Virus record (IMG/VR): IMGVR_UViG_3300031867_000015 | Location: 1-64,000 of that record | Origin: a virus | Lineage: Duplodnaviria > Caudoviricetes | Direction: 5' to 3' (one strand) | Length of the DNA: 64,000 nucleotides | Part shown: positions 45,382-55,695 of the stretch, piece by piece | Position numbering within the stretch: position 1 is the first letter of the stretch | Layout: every line of letters starts with the position of its first letter | The notes under the pieces: generated by a model | The model's database searches: none | What the model saw: the letters and a program-made list of their open reading frames with translations, nothing else | Told to the model about the DNA's origin: nothing | Made by a program: the position numbers and the translations under genes

Positions 45382-47175
45382 TTAAGCGTTAATGCTTAGT
45401 AAAGCCTGTGTGTTGTTTATTCCACCAAGATAATACTTTCTATTACCTATTATTTTGTCATACTCTCTTTCGCCTGAGAAACTATCAACAACTTTCTTTT
45501 CTTCCTCATTCATCTGCTTGTATGTCTTTGTACCAAAATCAAAGGGTAGCCATCCACGATTCTTTCCTACATAGATATTATATTTCTGAATTAGTTCTGG
45601 ACAGTTGAAAGTTATATGAACACTACCCTTTAAGTACAGATTGATGGTAAAGTATTTAAGAGGAATGTTCTTTGTAACTCCCTTGTCTACGTACTCCTTC
45701 ACTGTACTGTAAATATCTACGTCAGCGGTCATGTTTCCATCAAAGTAATTGAGAATACGCTCTATGTCGGAAAGTCTTTCATTTAACTTGTATAAATCCA
45801 AGTGACCAAAGATTGAATCATAAAGACCATAGAACGGCATAATAACCTTCTTGCCAATCTTGTGACCAATGTTAGTTTTCCATGCGTTATAAAGGTATTT
45901 AGAGTTATCTGAACAAGCATAATCAACAGTCATTTTATCAAACATCTTTTCAATCTCATTCTCAATGCCTGTTTTTACCTTGCTTTTCATTTCCACAAGT
46001 AGATTCTTGATATTAAATTCGGAGAAGTCATACTCTGAAAATGTCTCTACTTTCGCCCTGTACTGTTCCTGTAACTTAGTTGTGAGGTTTCCAGTGAACT
46101 TTGGATTTGAAAACAGTGCCCTCCAATACTTGTAACGGACTGCCTTGACATATTTATTAATGGTCATCTTATCTTTTCCATAGCCATCTGTAAGCTGTAT
46201 AATGGGTGTGGGGTATCTATCTTCTGTATCAAAAGAACTTGAAAGATAAGGTTTCATTCGTTCAAAAGAATTAATAAGTTCAATTCCTGATTTGATTTCC
46301 ACATTGTATTTATTAACAACTGACTTTAAATAATCTGTAACATCAAGTGCAGTTATTTCTTCTGCCGTAGGTTCTTCGTAGTGTTCTTCCTTTTTGAGTT
46401 TATCGAATATAGAATCATCATTATCATTAACACTCATAGGAATGTTTACATAAACCATAGCAACTTCTACATCTGTCTGACGTTCTGCGTTATTAAATTC
46501 TCCGCTATAATATTCTATATTTGCATTATACTCATTCAGTATCTTGATAAGTTCTTTGCGTGTCTCTGTGTAGGGATTTCTGATAGTCTCCGCATTAAGT
46601 AAGCACACTATCTGTCCTCCATACTTCTGAATTTCCAATGCCTTTAACAAATGCTTATCTCCATTACTGAATGGTGGATTCATAATGATAACATTGTACT
46701 GCTTGTATGCTGTAAAGGTAAGAAAATCATCATGAACAAGATGCACGTTTTTTCCCTTTACTTCTTTACGTTCTGTGTCAATCGCTCTCAGTCTTGAATT
46801 GTCTGGTTCTGGAACAGGAACATACTGTCTAAGTTCTTGATTATAATACTTATAATTTTCACTCCATGAATCAAAGTCATTGTACTGCTTTGTTATCTTC
46901 TTCTTTTCGTCAAGCAGTCTATTAGAATTTTCCTCAGAAAAAGTATACAGAAATATCTGTCTCAGATTGTTGTCAATCTCTATGCAGTCTATATCAAGCT
47001 TTCCATCAGTTTTGCGATTAAGGTATCTTACTATATCTCCCTTGCCTACTGATGGTTCAAGAACCGTATTAACATAATTCCAATTCACCTTTGAATACAT
47101 CATCTGAATAAGATTCTCAGGTGTAGGATAGAACTCTGATGTATTTTTATCCTCTACATAATTAACTATCTGCAT
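45382..47175 (-). CDS. adenine methyltransferase with DUF4942 domain
   Basis: EFYPTP, LEPSVGKG, IIMNPPF; C-terminal YFTINLYLKGSVHITF. Confidence 0.85.
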   Translation of the reverse strand: MQIVNYVEDKNTSEFYPTPENLIQMMYSKVNWNYVNTVLEPSVGKGDIVRYLNRKTDGKLDIDCIEIDNNLRQIFLYTFSEENSNRLLDEKKKITKQYNDFDSWSENYKYYNQELRQYVPVPEPDNSRLRAIDTERKEVKGKNVHLVHDDFLTFTAYKQYNVIIMNPPFSNGDKHLLKALEIQKYGGQIVCLLNAETIRNPYTETRKELIKILNEYNANIEYYSGEFNNAERQTDVEVAMVYVNIPMSVNDNDDSIFDKLKKEEHYEEPTAEEITALDVTDYLKSVVNKYNVEIKSGIELINSFERMKPYLSSSFDTEDRYPTPIIQLTDGYGKDKMTINKYVKAVRYKYWRALFSNPKFTGNLTTKLQEQYRAKVETFSEYDFSEFNIKNLLVEMKSKVKTGIENEIEKMFDKMTVDYACSDNSKYLYNAWKTNIGHKIGKKVIMPFYGLYDSIFGHLDLYKLNERLSDIERILNYFDGNMTADVDIYSTVKEYVDKGVTKNIPLKYFTINLYLKGSVHITFNCPELIQKYNIYVGKNRGWLPFDFGTKTYKQMNEEEKKVVDSFSGEREYDKIIGNRKYYLGGINNTQALLSINA

Positions 47176-47196
47176 TATACAATTTCCTCCGTTTAA

Positions 47197-47427
47197 TTAA
47201 GATTTGATTTCTGCAAAACCTACTCTTGTAAGTTCTTCTATCATCTTTTCAATATCAGATTTGCGTATTAATTCATACACATATGGTCTATCTATATCAC
47301 AAAAGGGAGTAATGGATTTTGCGTATGTCTTTCCGGTGTAGTCTACGCTTAACCACACGTTATTTGCACATCCATCCCATTTCTTTTGAAGATATACATA
47401 CTTTACAATCATTGCAATACACCTCAC
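47197..47427 (-). CDS. hypothetical protein (paralog of 49581-49790)
   Basis: YVYLQKK..NVWLSVDY..VYELIRKSDI. Confidence 0.65.
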   Translation of the reverse strand: MRCIAMIVKYVYLQKKWDGCANNVWLSVDYTGKTYAKSITPFCDIDRPYVYELIRKSDIEKMIEELTRVGFAEIKS

Positions 47428-47966
47428 TCAATTGGAATTTCTGTCATATGTTTGTCGCTTTCAAATCCTTGTAACATAACAGGCATTATAAGCCATGCGA
47501 AGCCATTACCTTGCATTAATAATCTTTTTCCCTTATGTGGCACAAATAATATATTTGATTTTGTTGTTTCCATAGCATCTATAAGGAACTTTGGATTAAT
47601 ACCTATCCATATCCTATCTGTTGTTGTTCCTAACTTAAACGGAACTCTCAGTCCTTTGTGAATCTTTTTAGTTTCCTTTACCCATGCTTTTATCTGCTCT
47701 ATAGTGTAGGGAATTTCCAATGAATCATAATCAATTTCGTTTGCTTGTTCGTACTCTCTCTTACAATTGTATTGATTTTCGCCTTCCTCAAAAACAGGAG
47801 CGTCTGCTATTGCGTTCTCAACTCCAAATTGTACTACTCTGAATCCGTCTGTAGCATAATAGAATCCGTCCTTGAATACCAACTTCTTTGTCTGCTCATG
47901 TTTTGGATTGATAACCTTATTAATTATCTTTTCAAATTTCTTTAACATCAGATATTCTCCTTCCAA
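47424..47966 (-). CDS. hypothetical protein, weak beta-clamp-like motifs
   Basis: YATDGFR..INPKFLIDAM..LIMPV. Confidence 0.55.
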   Translation of the reverse strand: MEGEYLMLKKFEKIINKVINPKHEQTKKLVFKDGFYYATDGFRVVQFGVENAIADAPVFEEGENQYNCKREYEQANEIDYDSLEIPYTIEQIKAWVKETKKIHKGLRVPFKLGTTTDRIWIGINPKFLIDAMETTKSNILFVPHKGKRLLMQGNGFAWLIMPVMLQGFESDKHMTEIPIE

Positions 47967-48235
47967 TTTACATCCATAACAATTACGGTATTGTAATCGT
48001 CTTTTCCCTTAGTGGACTGTGCGTAAGCTATTCCCTTGCTCTTTAGCCATATACAAGCGGCTCTGACATTGCTTGCGGCATTTCTATCCCCTCGCAATTC
48101 CTCTGCAAAGGTATAGTAACTGCCAACGTATTCTCCATTATTGTTTATTAAATACTCCACAATATCAAGGGCAAGTATATGTCCCTTAAAAAGTCTTGTG
48201 AACCTGATTGTCCAGTTTATATCCTGTGTAGTCAT
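47948..48235 (-). CDS. hypothetical protein (possible winged helix)
   Basis: ORF with RBS. Confidence 0.5.
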   Translation of the reverse strand: MTTQDINWTIRFTRLFKGHILALDIVEYLINNNGEYVGSYYTFAEELRGDRNAASNVRAACIWLKSKGIAYAQSTKGKDDYNTVIVMDVNWKENI

Positions 48236-48381
48236 ACTTAATCCTCCTTTAAGATATTAGTAAAGTTCTGTTATTCTTATAAACAGTGGAATAAATCCAA
48301 GAAACCACAGTGATTCAATTTTCTTAGGGTTATACATTATGCTATTATATTCCTTAATCCTAACTCTCCATACGAACATAC

Positions 48382-48774
48382 TTAATCCTCCTTTATATTC
48401 TTTGTAAACATATCCATGAGATAATGATATGTTTTTTCTGAACCATAACCTGTAAGAAGTTTATCAATCTCGTTTATCCATTCATAGTTGAAGTCCTCAT
48501 CATCAGGCATATAACTCCATGAATCCTCTGTTATCTTTTTGAATGTTTCTGCGTTGTCCTCTATGAATTTATTCCAGTCAGCGATACATTCGTAATCGCT
48601 TGTTTCCTCAATAACATCAACGTGTTTCAGAATAAAATTGCAGAACTTGTCATACCATTCCATTCTATTTTCTTCTACCTCATACGGAACACATACCGTT
48701 ACACATATATCATATACGGTATCGTATGTATCATAGTCATTATCCTTTTCCTTTAACCAATCATAAAGATTCAT
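48382..48774 (-). CDS. acidic hypothetical protein
   Basis: aggagg RBS. Confidence 0.6.
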   Translation of the reverse strand: MNLYDWLKEKDNDYDTYDTVYDICVTVCVPYEVEENRMEWYDKFCNFILKHVDVIEETSDYECIADWNKFIEDNAETFKKITEDSWSYMPDDEDFNYEWINEIDKLLTGYGSEKTYHYLMDMFTKNIKED

Positions 48775-48936
48775 TTACTTTTCCTCCTTGTTTCTTTCGA
48801 TTATCCGCTTCATTTCTTCTTCGTTTATCCAATTCAGAAGATAACTCTGAATAAAATATATTTTTTGTTCATCTTTAAACTGTGTATTTAAAATTCCTTT
48901 GATGATTCCTATATTTTTGTTAGCCATAATCTTACC

Positions 48937-49131
48937 TCACTTTGCCATATCATATATTCTCTGCGGAACTTTGTAGATATAACTGCCACACTGTACAAGC
49001 AGAGCATCTTTTCCGTAGTATTTTTCTTTCATTCCTTTGATACTTCCTGACTTATGAAAGTTGGGATAGTTTTCTATATGAAGTCTTTCTCCCCTTGCGA
49101 CTGTTAGATATTTTACTCTTGCCATAATCAT
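48937..49131 (-). CDS. hypothetical protein
   Basis: GSIKGMKEKYYGKDALLVQCGSYIY. Confidence 0.65.
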   Translation of the reverse strand: MIMARVKYLTVARGERLHIENYPNFHKSGSIKGMKEKYYGKDALLVQCGSYIYKVPQRIYDMAK

Positions 49132-49140
49132 TCTACCTCC

Positions 49141-49344
49141 TTACTTTATAACATTCAGATTAAATTGCCTATCGCATACAGTCCAGTCATAAACTCTTGC
49201 ATTTTTCCATTCTTCGTGAAGCCCATCCTCTTGTTTAATCTGATTGGCTGTCATGTCAATTTCTACATTTTCGTTGACTTCATACAGATTAACATTAAAT
49301 TTCATTAGGCTATCAAAATTTTCAAAAAATTCCTTTACTGTCAT
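49141..49344 (-). CDS. hypothetical protein
   Basis: aggagg RBS. Confidence 0.6.
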   Translation of the reverse strand: MTVKEFFENFDSLMKFNVNLYEVNENVEIDMTANQIKQEDGLHEEWKNARVYDWTVCDRQFNLNVIK

Positions 49345-49580
49345 AGTATTTCCTCCTTTTAATTGTTCACCAAAATATCACCGTTTCACCTGTCTTACGT
49401 TCTATATAATCTATTATTTCATCTATAACAGATTGTTTAGCTTCAATGATGGGTCTTGTTACTTCATTGCTATTAATAAGGTCATTACTTAAATCCACAT
49501 GAAATGCATTTAAGTAATCAAGTATGCAGTTTAATTTCTCACGGTCAGTCATAAGCTTCCTCCTTGATAGAATCACTCTT

Positions 49581-49790
49581 TTATTCTTCCGTAAAGCCAT
49601 TTTTTACAAGCTGGTTTATCATATCATCAATATCACTTTGTCTCACAAGTTCATACACTCCTGATACTGTATTAGAAAATGGTGTGACCAACTTATTATA
49701 AGTCTTTTTCTCATAGTCAACTGTCAACCATACGTTTCTGACACAGCCCTCGCATTTCTTCTTTTGAAGATAAACATAACTTAATCTCAT
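49581..49790 (-). CDS. hypothetical protein (paralog of 47197-47427)
   Basis: MRLSYVYLQKK..NVWLTVDY..VYELVRQSDI. Confidence 0.65.
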   Translation of the reverse strand: MRLSYVYLQKKKCEGCVRNVWLTVDYEKKTYNKLVTPFSNTVSGVYELVRQSDIDDMINQLVKNGFTEE

Positions 49791-49821
49791 AATTTTCCCT
49801 CCTGTTAAAATACACTTTTCA

Positions 49822-50139
49822 TTATCTGTTGTAAACGTTATCCCAATATCTCTTATACGTTGGCTCAATTATCTGTCCGTTGCTATTCCTTATTGCTCTG
49901 AGATATTCGATAGCCTTTTCGGTTTTCTCTATTCTCCTATTCAGTTCAGATATTCCGATAAGCTGTGGAGCATATGAGGGCAAGCCCATGAATCCTATTG
50001 ATGACGATGTTGGTTTACCATCCCTTGCTTTTTTATAAAGTTCCAATGCGTTCTCGTTACTTTCGATTGCCCTATCACACATCTCGTTTTGATATTCCGT
50101 ATAGGTATATCCTTTGAATCTATTATTATTCATATACAA
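49822..50139 (-). CDS. hypothetical protein
   Basis: aggagg RBS. Confidence 0.55.
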   Translation of the reverse strand: MYMNNNRFKGYTYTEYQNEMCDRAIESNENALELYKKARDGKPTSSSIGFMGLPSYAPQLIGISELNRRIEKTEKAIEYLRAIRNSNGQIIEPTYKRYWDNVYNR

Positions 50140-50208
50140 TTTCCTCCTTGTATTTTATGCATTTTCTCACCCATGCTATTAAGCACAGGTGAGAATCCGT
50201 ATTGGTTA

Positions 50209-51231
50209 TTAACCTTCCATAACGAACTTGTAAAGTTCATCATTTCTTGTGATTACATTTGATGCTCTCATAGTTCCGTTGGTGCAAGCTTCGTTATAAT
50301 CCGCACTTACTGTAGCACCATCTGTTCCATCAAAGAACTGTGACAGCTTATCTCCGTAGATTGAAACCTTATCCTCATATTCTTCTTCGCTTTCATCCAT
50401 GAACTGCTTTGCTACATACAGAACAGTTATGAGATTTGCCTTTGAAGTGATACGCTTGATAATCTTCTTATCATCTGTAGCCGCTTCGATTGCAAGGTAT
50501 GTGAAGTCAAGAATTGAATTGATTTCATTAACTGTGTTTTCTCCAAATGTGAATGTCTCATATGCCTGACGTACATTCTTTGAAGAAAGTTCACTCTGGT
50601 CATTCAGTAATAAAGCAAGCTTGATAATGATATCTTCATTTGCATATCCCTTGATAGCAGTTGCAGAAAGATTATCCATAAGAAGCTTATGTGAAGCCAT
50701 TCCCTTGATAATATTAAGCTGTTTTGCCTTGATTCTTGCGTTCTCTGTTCCAGTAAGAACCTTGCCGTTGTTAAGTCTGCTCATCATTTCTGCTATTTCT
50801 TCTTCCGTAGCATCTGAGAAGTAGTACATTGTAAATACATAAGAACTTACACTCTCCTGTATATCCTCGTCCAGTTCACTGAATGTTTTACCGTTAGGGT
50901 CATATGAAGTTCCATCTTCATATTCGATAGGTTCAAGACCGCTAAGAGCAAATTCATCATTAAGATACCTTGCTACTGTTGTGAATCTCTGCTTTCCGTC
51001 AATGCAGTCATACACTGAAACTTCCTTGCCCTTGACTGTAATCTTTTCATTGCTCCTGATTGCAAATGTTGCAGGGATAGGATATCCTCTGAACATTGAG
51101 TCGATGAGAAGCGACTGTCTCTTGATATCCCATACGTAGCCACGCTGAATAGGATTGTTGAACTTGATTGTTCCATTCTCGATTGCCTTTGAAATCTGCT
51201 TTGCGCTCCAATTTACATTTGCTTTTAACAT
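50209..51231 (-). CDS. DUF262 (GmrS/ParB-like) domain protein
   Basis: QRGYVW..LIDSM..YPIP, IDGKQRFTT, RLNNG. Confidence 0.85.
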   Translation of the reverse strand: MLKANVNWSAKQISKAIENGTIKFNNPIQRGYVWDIKRQSLLIDSMFRGYPIPATFAIRSNEKITVKGKEVSVYDCIDGKQRFTTVARYLNDEFALSGLEPIEYEDGTSYDPNGKTFSELDEDIQESVSSYVFTMYYFSDATEEEIAEMMSRLNNGKVLTGTENARIKAKQLNIIKGMASHKLLMDNLSATAIKGYANEDIIIKLALLLNDQSELSSKNVRQAYETFTFGENTVNEINSILDFTYLAIEAATDDKKIIKRITSKANLITVLYVAKQFMDESEEEYEDKVSIYGDKLSQFFDGTDGATVSADYNEACTNGTMRASNVITRNDELYKFVMEG

Positions 51232-51298
51232 AATAATTTCCTCCTAAGAATTAACTTTAAATTTTATTTTCGGACTTGCTGTCCTTTGCTATGGTTTT

Positions 51299-51327
51299 AT
51301 TATACTATATTATTTGCTCTTTGTCAA
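51299..51327 (-). promoter_or_regulatory. sigmaA promoter with operator variant
   Basis: TTGACA-17-TATAAT. Confidence 0.8.
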
Positions 51328-51567
51328 GCACATTTTGAAATTTTTATTTTTTAACTTATTCCAAAATGTGCTTGACGTTTTCTTAATAGATTCTTCCATC
51401 CTTTTCGATGGTAAGAAGTCCATCCCTGTACCTTGTTTCCTTGCTTAACTCCTTGATAGCTTCTTTAGCCTTATCAAGAGTATCACATTCTCCAACAAGG
51501 ATTTCTTCGTTTCCTTTTGTAAATACTATGCTGTACTTTGACATTTAATTCCTCCTTTCATGATTCT

Positions 51568-51596
51568 ATTATACCATATACAATTCACTCTGTCAA
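51568..51596 (-). promoter_or_regulatory. sigmaA promoter with operator
   Basis: TTGACA-17-TATAAT containing AGAGTGAATTGTA. Confidence 0.8.
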
Positions 51597-51614
51597 GAGC
51601 AAATTGAAATATTT

Positions 51615-51851
51615 TTATTTTAACTTAATAACCCATCCGATTCCTTCCTCATGAACGCTGAATCCATATTTAACATAGAAGTCTTTTACACGTTCGCTGA
51701 TAGTTCTGGTTTCTCCGTCATTCAGAATCCCTACCATTGCATCCCATGCTTCATGGGCTTCTGATGGTGTCATTTTATAGCGTTTAAGATTCCCATTATA
51801 AAATATATCTTCCAACGCTACCTTTGCTTTTGTGACTTTTCTTGTGTCCAC
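51615..51851 (-). CDS. hypothetical protein
   Basis: GTG start behind ggaggt. Confidence 0.55.
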   Translation of the reverse strand: MDTRKVTKAKVALEDIFYNGNLKRYKMTPSEAHEAWDAMVGILNDGETRTISERVKDFYVKYGFSVHEEGIGWVIKLK

Positions 51852-51864
51852 TGTTTTACCTCCG

Positions 51865-52035
51865 TTATATAATTCCGTTCTCTTTGAACTCTTTGAGAAG
51901 TCCGAATTTCTTTCCCATGCGTTCAAAGTATCTTTGCATTTCTGTAAGTTCTTCATAGCTTAACTGAAACTCTGACATTGTATTCTGCCATTCAATAGCT
52001 TCTTGTCTCAGCTTTTCCTTTAACTCCTTATACAT
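51865..52035 (-). CDS. 56-aa hypothetical protein (below ORF cutoff)
   Basis: MYKELKEKLRQEAIEWQ..FGLLKEFKENGII. Confidence 0.6.
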   Translation of the reverse strand: MYKELKEKLRQEAIEWQNTMSEFQLSYEELTEMQRYFERMGKKFGLLKEFKENGII

Positions 52036-52424
52036 CACTCATACTCCTTTAAGACAGCTTCTTTTGCTGTCTCTGACAGCCGTAGTTCATATGGATATCC
52101 ATATTTATTAGGACAGATATCTCTGCCAAAGGAAACTAATCTCCATGTTCCCTTATGATATCTACATCTTATCCATGAAGAATATGGTGTCCATCTGTAA
52201 CAGTTTGGAAAGTGCTGACGGAAGTCATAAACAAATTCCGTTCCTTCAACAGCTTTCTTGAATCCTCTTGGTGTAATAATATTTAATCGTTTTTCCACAT
52301 CATTACAGATACCTTCTATTTGGTAATAGCTATAGAAGATTCTCTCTGTTGCTCCGCCCTGTATTACATTCAGCGCAGACATAATCTTTTCTGCATTGGA
52401 TTCCTTTATGACGATTTCTTTCAT
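52035..52424 (-). CDS. hypothetical protein
   Basis: aggagg RBS. Confidence 0.6.
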   Translation of the reverse strand: MKEIVIKESNAEKIMSALNVIQGGATERIFYSYYQIEGICNDVEKRLNIITPRGFKKAVEGTEFVYDFRQHFPNCYRWTPYSSWIRCRYHKGTWRLVSFGRDICPNKYGYPYELRLSETAKEAVLKEYE

Positions 52425-52438
52425 GATAATGTTCCTCC

Positions 52439-52969
52439 TTACTTGATTCTGTTAAGTTCTCCACCGCACTTACAGCGGAACGACTGTGGATGTTCTATCA
52501 CTTTACTCATGCGGTATCTTCCGATTTTTGCACCGCATTTCTCACATTGTACAACGTATGTAAATTTCTTTACAACGTCCTGTTCTTTCTCATCTACTCC
52601 CTTGTCGTTATCGTTTCCGCAACGCTTTATATCTATTCCGTAACGGTCATAAACCATTTTAGCATATGTTTTCCACTGTGTACCATGACCGTGACAGTCA
52701 GGACAAGTATGAAGCAATTCATGAATCATTGTATTCATAAGTCCTTCATCCGTAGGTGTATACTTTTCATTAATCAGCTTGTAAGATATGCTGATTTTAA
52801 AATCAGCCCTTTCTCCTGTGCCTATACTCTGTCTCCATGAGGTCTGTCCCCATCTTCTTTCCGCATGAGATACAGAAAGTTCCTTGATGTCTTTACAGTA
52901 TGGGATGTTCAGTTCATCAAGCATCCTCATACACTTTTCCATATAGTTTTTAAGTTTACGCTGTGCCAT
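52439..52969 (-). CDS. SprT-like zinc metalloprotease
   Basis: HELLH, HGTQWK, C-terminal CxxC..CxC. Confidence 0.85.
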   Translation of the reverse strand: MAQRKLKNYMEKCMRMLDELNIPYCKDIKELSVSHAERRWGQTSWRQSIGTGERADFKISISYKLINEKYTPTDEGLMNTMIHELLHTCPDCHGHGTQWKTYAKMVYDRYGIDIKRCGNDNDKGVDEKEQDVVKKFTYVVQCEKCGAKIGRYRMSKVIEHPQSFRCKCGGELNRIK

Positions 52970-52982
52970 AGTTTAATCCTCC

Positions 52983-53498
52983 TTAATCGTAATATCCCCA
53001 TGCTTCACGGTCTGCTATATCTCTTTCCAGTTCTGCTTCTGGTGTATGATGATAAGCAATAGCATCAGGAATTGTCCACTTGTCAAGTGAATATCCGCTT
53101 GCGCCCCCAATGTAGAAATAAAAACCTGTCTCATCCTGTTTGATATCAAAACGATGTAATGAATAAAGGTGTGGAATATCCGCTGTTAAAAGTCCTTTTA
53201 AATTCGCTTTAAGAGAAACTTCCGTAAGCTGTTCGCTTAAAAGTTTCCATGTTTCATCAACCTTATTTTTAATTTCTTTCTTTGGTGCTCCCGAAAAACT
53301 AACCATTGTCAAAGAGTTTCCACACTCAGGGTCATGTACTCTAAAAAGAAATTCCGCTGTATAAGCTGTCTCAGATTCTTCATCAAAGACCTCAACTGTA
53401 CCCTGTATATATCCCTTTAAATATCCGCTTGTATAATATACTGCGCTGTGAGTCCATGATTTATTTGCAAGGTCATTTAAGATTAAGTTGATGTTCAT
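52983..53498 (-). CDS. hypothetical protein
   Basis: aggagg RBS. Confidence 0.6.
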   Translation of the reverse strand: MNINLILNDLANKSWTHSAVYYTSGYLKGYIQGTVEVFDEESETAYTAEFLFRVHDPECGNSLTMVSFSGAPKKEIKNKVDETWKLLSEQLTEVSLKANLKGLLTADIPHLYSLHRFDIKQDETGFYFYIGGASGYSLDKWTIPDAIAYHHTPEAELERDIADREAWGYYD

Positions 53499-53556
53499 AT
53501 ATGTTTCCTCCTTATGGAGAGTGAACTGTTATACAATTCACTCTCCGAATATATTT

Positions 53557-53961
53557 TTACTTGATTCCTAATTCGCTTCGTACATCCAATTCAGAAACCC
53601 TTCGTAATTCCATTGTCTGTAAATCGTTGTATGATTTGATTTCCAAACGATACATTTTGATGTAGTTATTTGTTCCATAGGTAGATGAGTTTTCAAGTCT
53701 TGATTTTACGAAAGAGTTTCCATCAACTCCGCTGTCTCTGATTCCGATGTAAAGCACATCATTTTCAAAGTTCTGAACGACTTTCTCTATCGCTGTCAGA
53801 GTATAATATAAATCGCTTGCGTAGTATTCGCAGGTCATTCCTGCCGCCTGTATAAGTTCCGTAAAGATATCCGAATAATTAATATTTGTTGTGGGTTCTC
53901 CATTGTATGAACTTGTGTAGACCTGTCCTTCGCAGGTGATTTTCTGTCCGTGATGTAACAT
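53557..53961 (-). CDS. hypothetical protein
   Basis: CEYYASDL..GIRDSGVDG. Confidence 0.6.
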   Translation of the reverse strand: MLHHGQKITCEGQVYTSSYNGEPTTNINYSDIFTELIQAAGMTCEYYASDLYYTLTAIEKVVQNFENDVLYIGIRDSGVDGNSFVKSRLENSSTYGTNNYIKMYRLEIKSYNDLQTMELRRVSELDVRSELGIK

Positions 53962-53973
53962 ATTATTTCCTCC

Positions 53974-54153
53974 TTAAAAATCAAAGTCCTCATAATCTTC
54001 CAGTGCAGATATAAGTCCGTCAAAATCCTCTGATGTTCCTAACATACTTGCAAGCATTGCAACTGTTCCGTAGTCAATTCCGTAATCATCCGCAAGACTT
54101 TCAAGATATTCCTTGCGATTTTCATATCCGTTTTCCTTATAAATGTTTGACAT
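53974..54153 (-). CDS. 59-aa acidic hypothetical protein (below ORF cutoff)
   Basis: MSNIYKENGYENRKEYLESLADDYG..LGTSEDFDGLISALED. Confidence 0.65.
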   Translation of the reverse strand: MSNIYKENGYENRKEYLESLADDYGIDYGTVAMLASMLGTSEDFDGLISALEDYEDFDF

Positions 54154-54213
54154 ATTGATTCCTCCTTATGCTTATGTATCATAGAGTGAATTGTATCTCT
54201 CTGCTATGGTTTT

Positions 54214-54242
54214 ATTATACCATATACAATTCACTCTGTCAA
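54214..54242 (-). promoter_or_regulatory. sigmaA promoter with inverted operator pair
   Basis: TTGACA-17-TATAAT; inverted operator copy at 54180-54195. Confidence 0.8.
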
Positions 54243-54266
54243 GTGTTTTTTTATTATTTTTTTATT

Positions 54267-54545
54267 TTAACTTTCTTCGTATGTTCCGATAAGATATTTA
54301 TGACCGCAGATTGATATTGTAATTTCTCCATTAGTAGTTGATACACGTTTATTTTTCTTCATCATGTTGATTCTTGCTTTCGTTTCTGAATCGTATTTCC
54401 AGAACATAACTTCTGCTGTTCTTCCGTGTACATCCGTTACATAAAATCCATCAACGGTTCTTTTCCAACCGTCATTATCTTCAATTACACGCTGTTTATC
54501 AAGCCATTTGTCTGACCAGTCAGGTGTTGCTTTTACTCTAAGCAT
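54267..54545 (-). CDS. hypothetical protein
   Basis: aggagg RBS. Confidence 0.55.
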   Translation of the reverse strand: MLRVKATPDWSDKWLDKQRVIEDNDGWKRTVDGFYVTDVHGRTAEVMFWKYDSETKARINMMKKNKRVSTTNGEITISICGHKYLIGTYEES

Positions 54546-54557
54546 TATTATCCCTCC

Positions 54558-55424
54558 TTAATAATCGTGTTCCATGCACCATTTGTTGAAGTCTCTTTTA
54601 GCTGATTTGAACGCTTCTTTCATAGTATCGTTCATTTCTCCACATCCAGTTGAGTAAGCCGCTTCTGCAAATCTTCCACCATACATACATTCATAGTTGA
54701 AGAACTCATGGTAGAAAGCTTTTTTCCAGAACTCAAAATTGTTTGCAAGTTCTTCCTTTGCCTTTTCAATACTTTCCGCAAGATTGTTTATTTTCTTACA
54801 AAATTCCTTAGACTTATAGTAAGCGTGAGTTATCGCACTTACATACAGTCCTTTTGTTTCTGCTCTATACCATTCTTCCATGCCCTCATGATTAAAGATA
54901 TGGAAACGTGATACATGGTTCTCTCTGTCTCCGTAGTAGTTGACAAGATAGTATTCACGGTTCTTTAAATCCGCATAAGATTTGATTGGAGTTGAAAGTT
55001 CTTCATCCGTGTACAGCTTTTCCGTAAGCTGTTTTACGTAAATTTCCTTTAACTCTGCATGAGTTTTTCCAGAACGATGAAGTTCATAGTCACCTGCGTA
55101 TCTTATCTGATGACTGTTAAAGAAAACAACCACAGAATATCCAAAGCCGTTTCCAAAGTCAATAAAATAGCAGTCATGCTCCTTTATTTTTTCATAGTCA
55201 TCACTCATAACAATAGCGATTTCCTCTGTAATAGATTCGATATCATCAATTGTCCATTTATCCACGTTCTGAGCCACAGCAAGAGCCGCTGTTCCACTAA
55301 TAATCTTATCAGGTTTTGTGATTGTCCACATCTCGTCTGATAATACAGGAGCATTGTTCTCTCCGTAATATTCATTGAGTGCCTGTCTGATGTTTTTGTT
55401 TCTGTACATTTCCTTTACGTTCAT
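54558..55424 (-). CDS. hypothetical protein
   Basis: 288 aa ORF, aggagg RBS. Confidence 0.7.
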   Translation of the reverse strand: MNVKEMYRNKNIRQALNEYYGENNAPVLSDEMWTITKPDKIISGTAALAVAQNVDKWTIDDIESITEEIAIVMSDDYEKIKEHDCYFIDFGNGFGYSVVVFFNSHQIRYAGDYELHRSGKTHAELKEIYVKQLTEKLYTDEELSTPIKSYADLKNREYYLVNYYGDRENHVSRFHIFNHEGMEEWYRAETKGLYVSAITHAYYKSKEFCKKINNLAESIEKAKEELANNFEFWKKAFYHEFFNYECMYGGRFAEAAYSTGCGEMNDTMKEAFKSAKRDFNKWCMEHDY

Positions 55425-55695
55425 AGTAATTTCCTCCTTTGATTTAGGTTTAAAACCCTTATATCAGGGCATCGGAATTTCCAATGCCCTATTATAAAAG
55501 TTCTCATACCTCTCTTACTACATTTTCTTTGACGAACTCCATATACCATTGTACGGTAAACCCTTTTTCTTTGGCATACTTTTCAAGGTATTCCAGTGTT
55601 GCATCATAAAGGGCTTTTGGAATATCTACCCATTCGTCATATTTTCCGTGACCGTTAACATATTTTAAATTTCTCTGATACATATAAGTCCCTCC

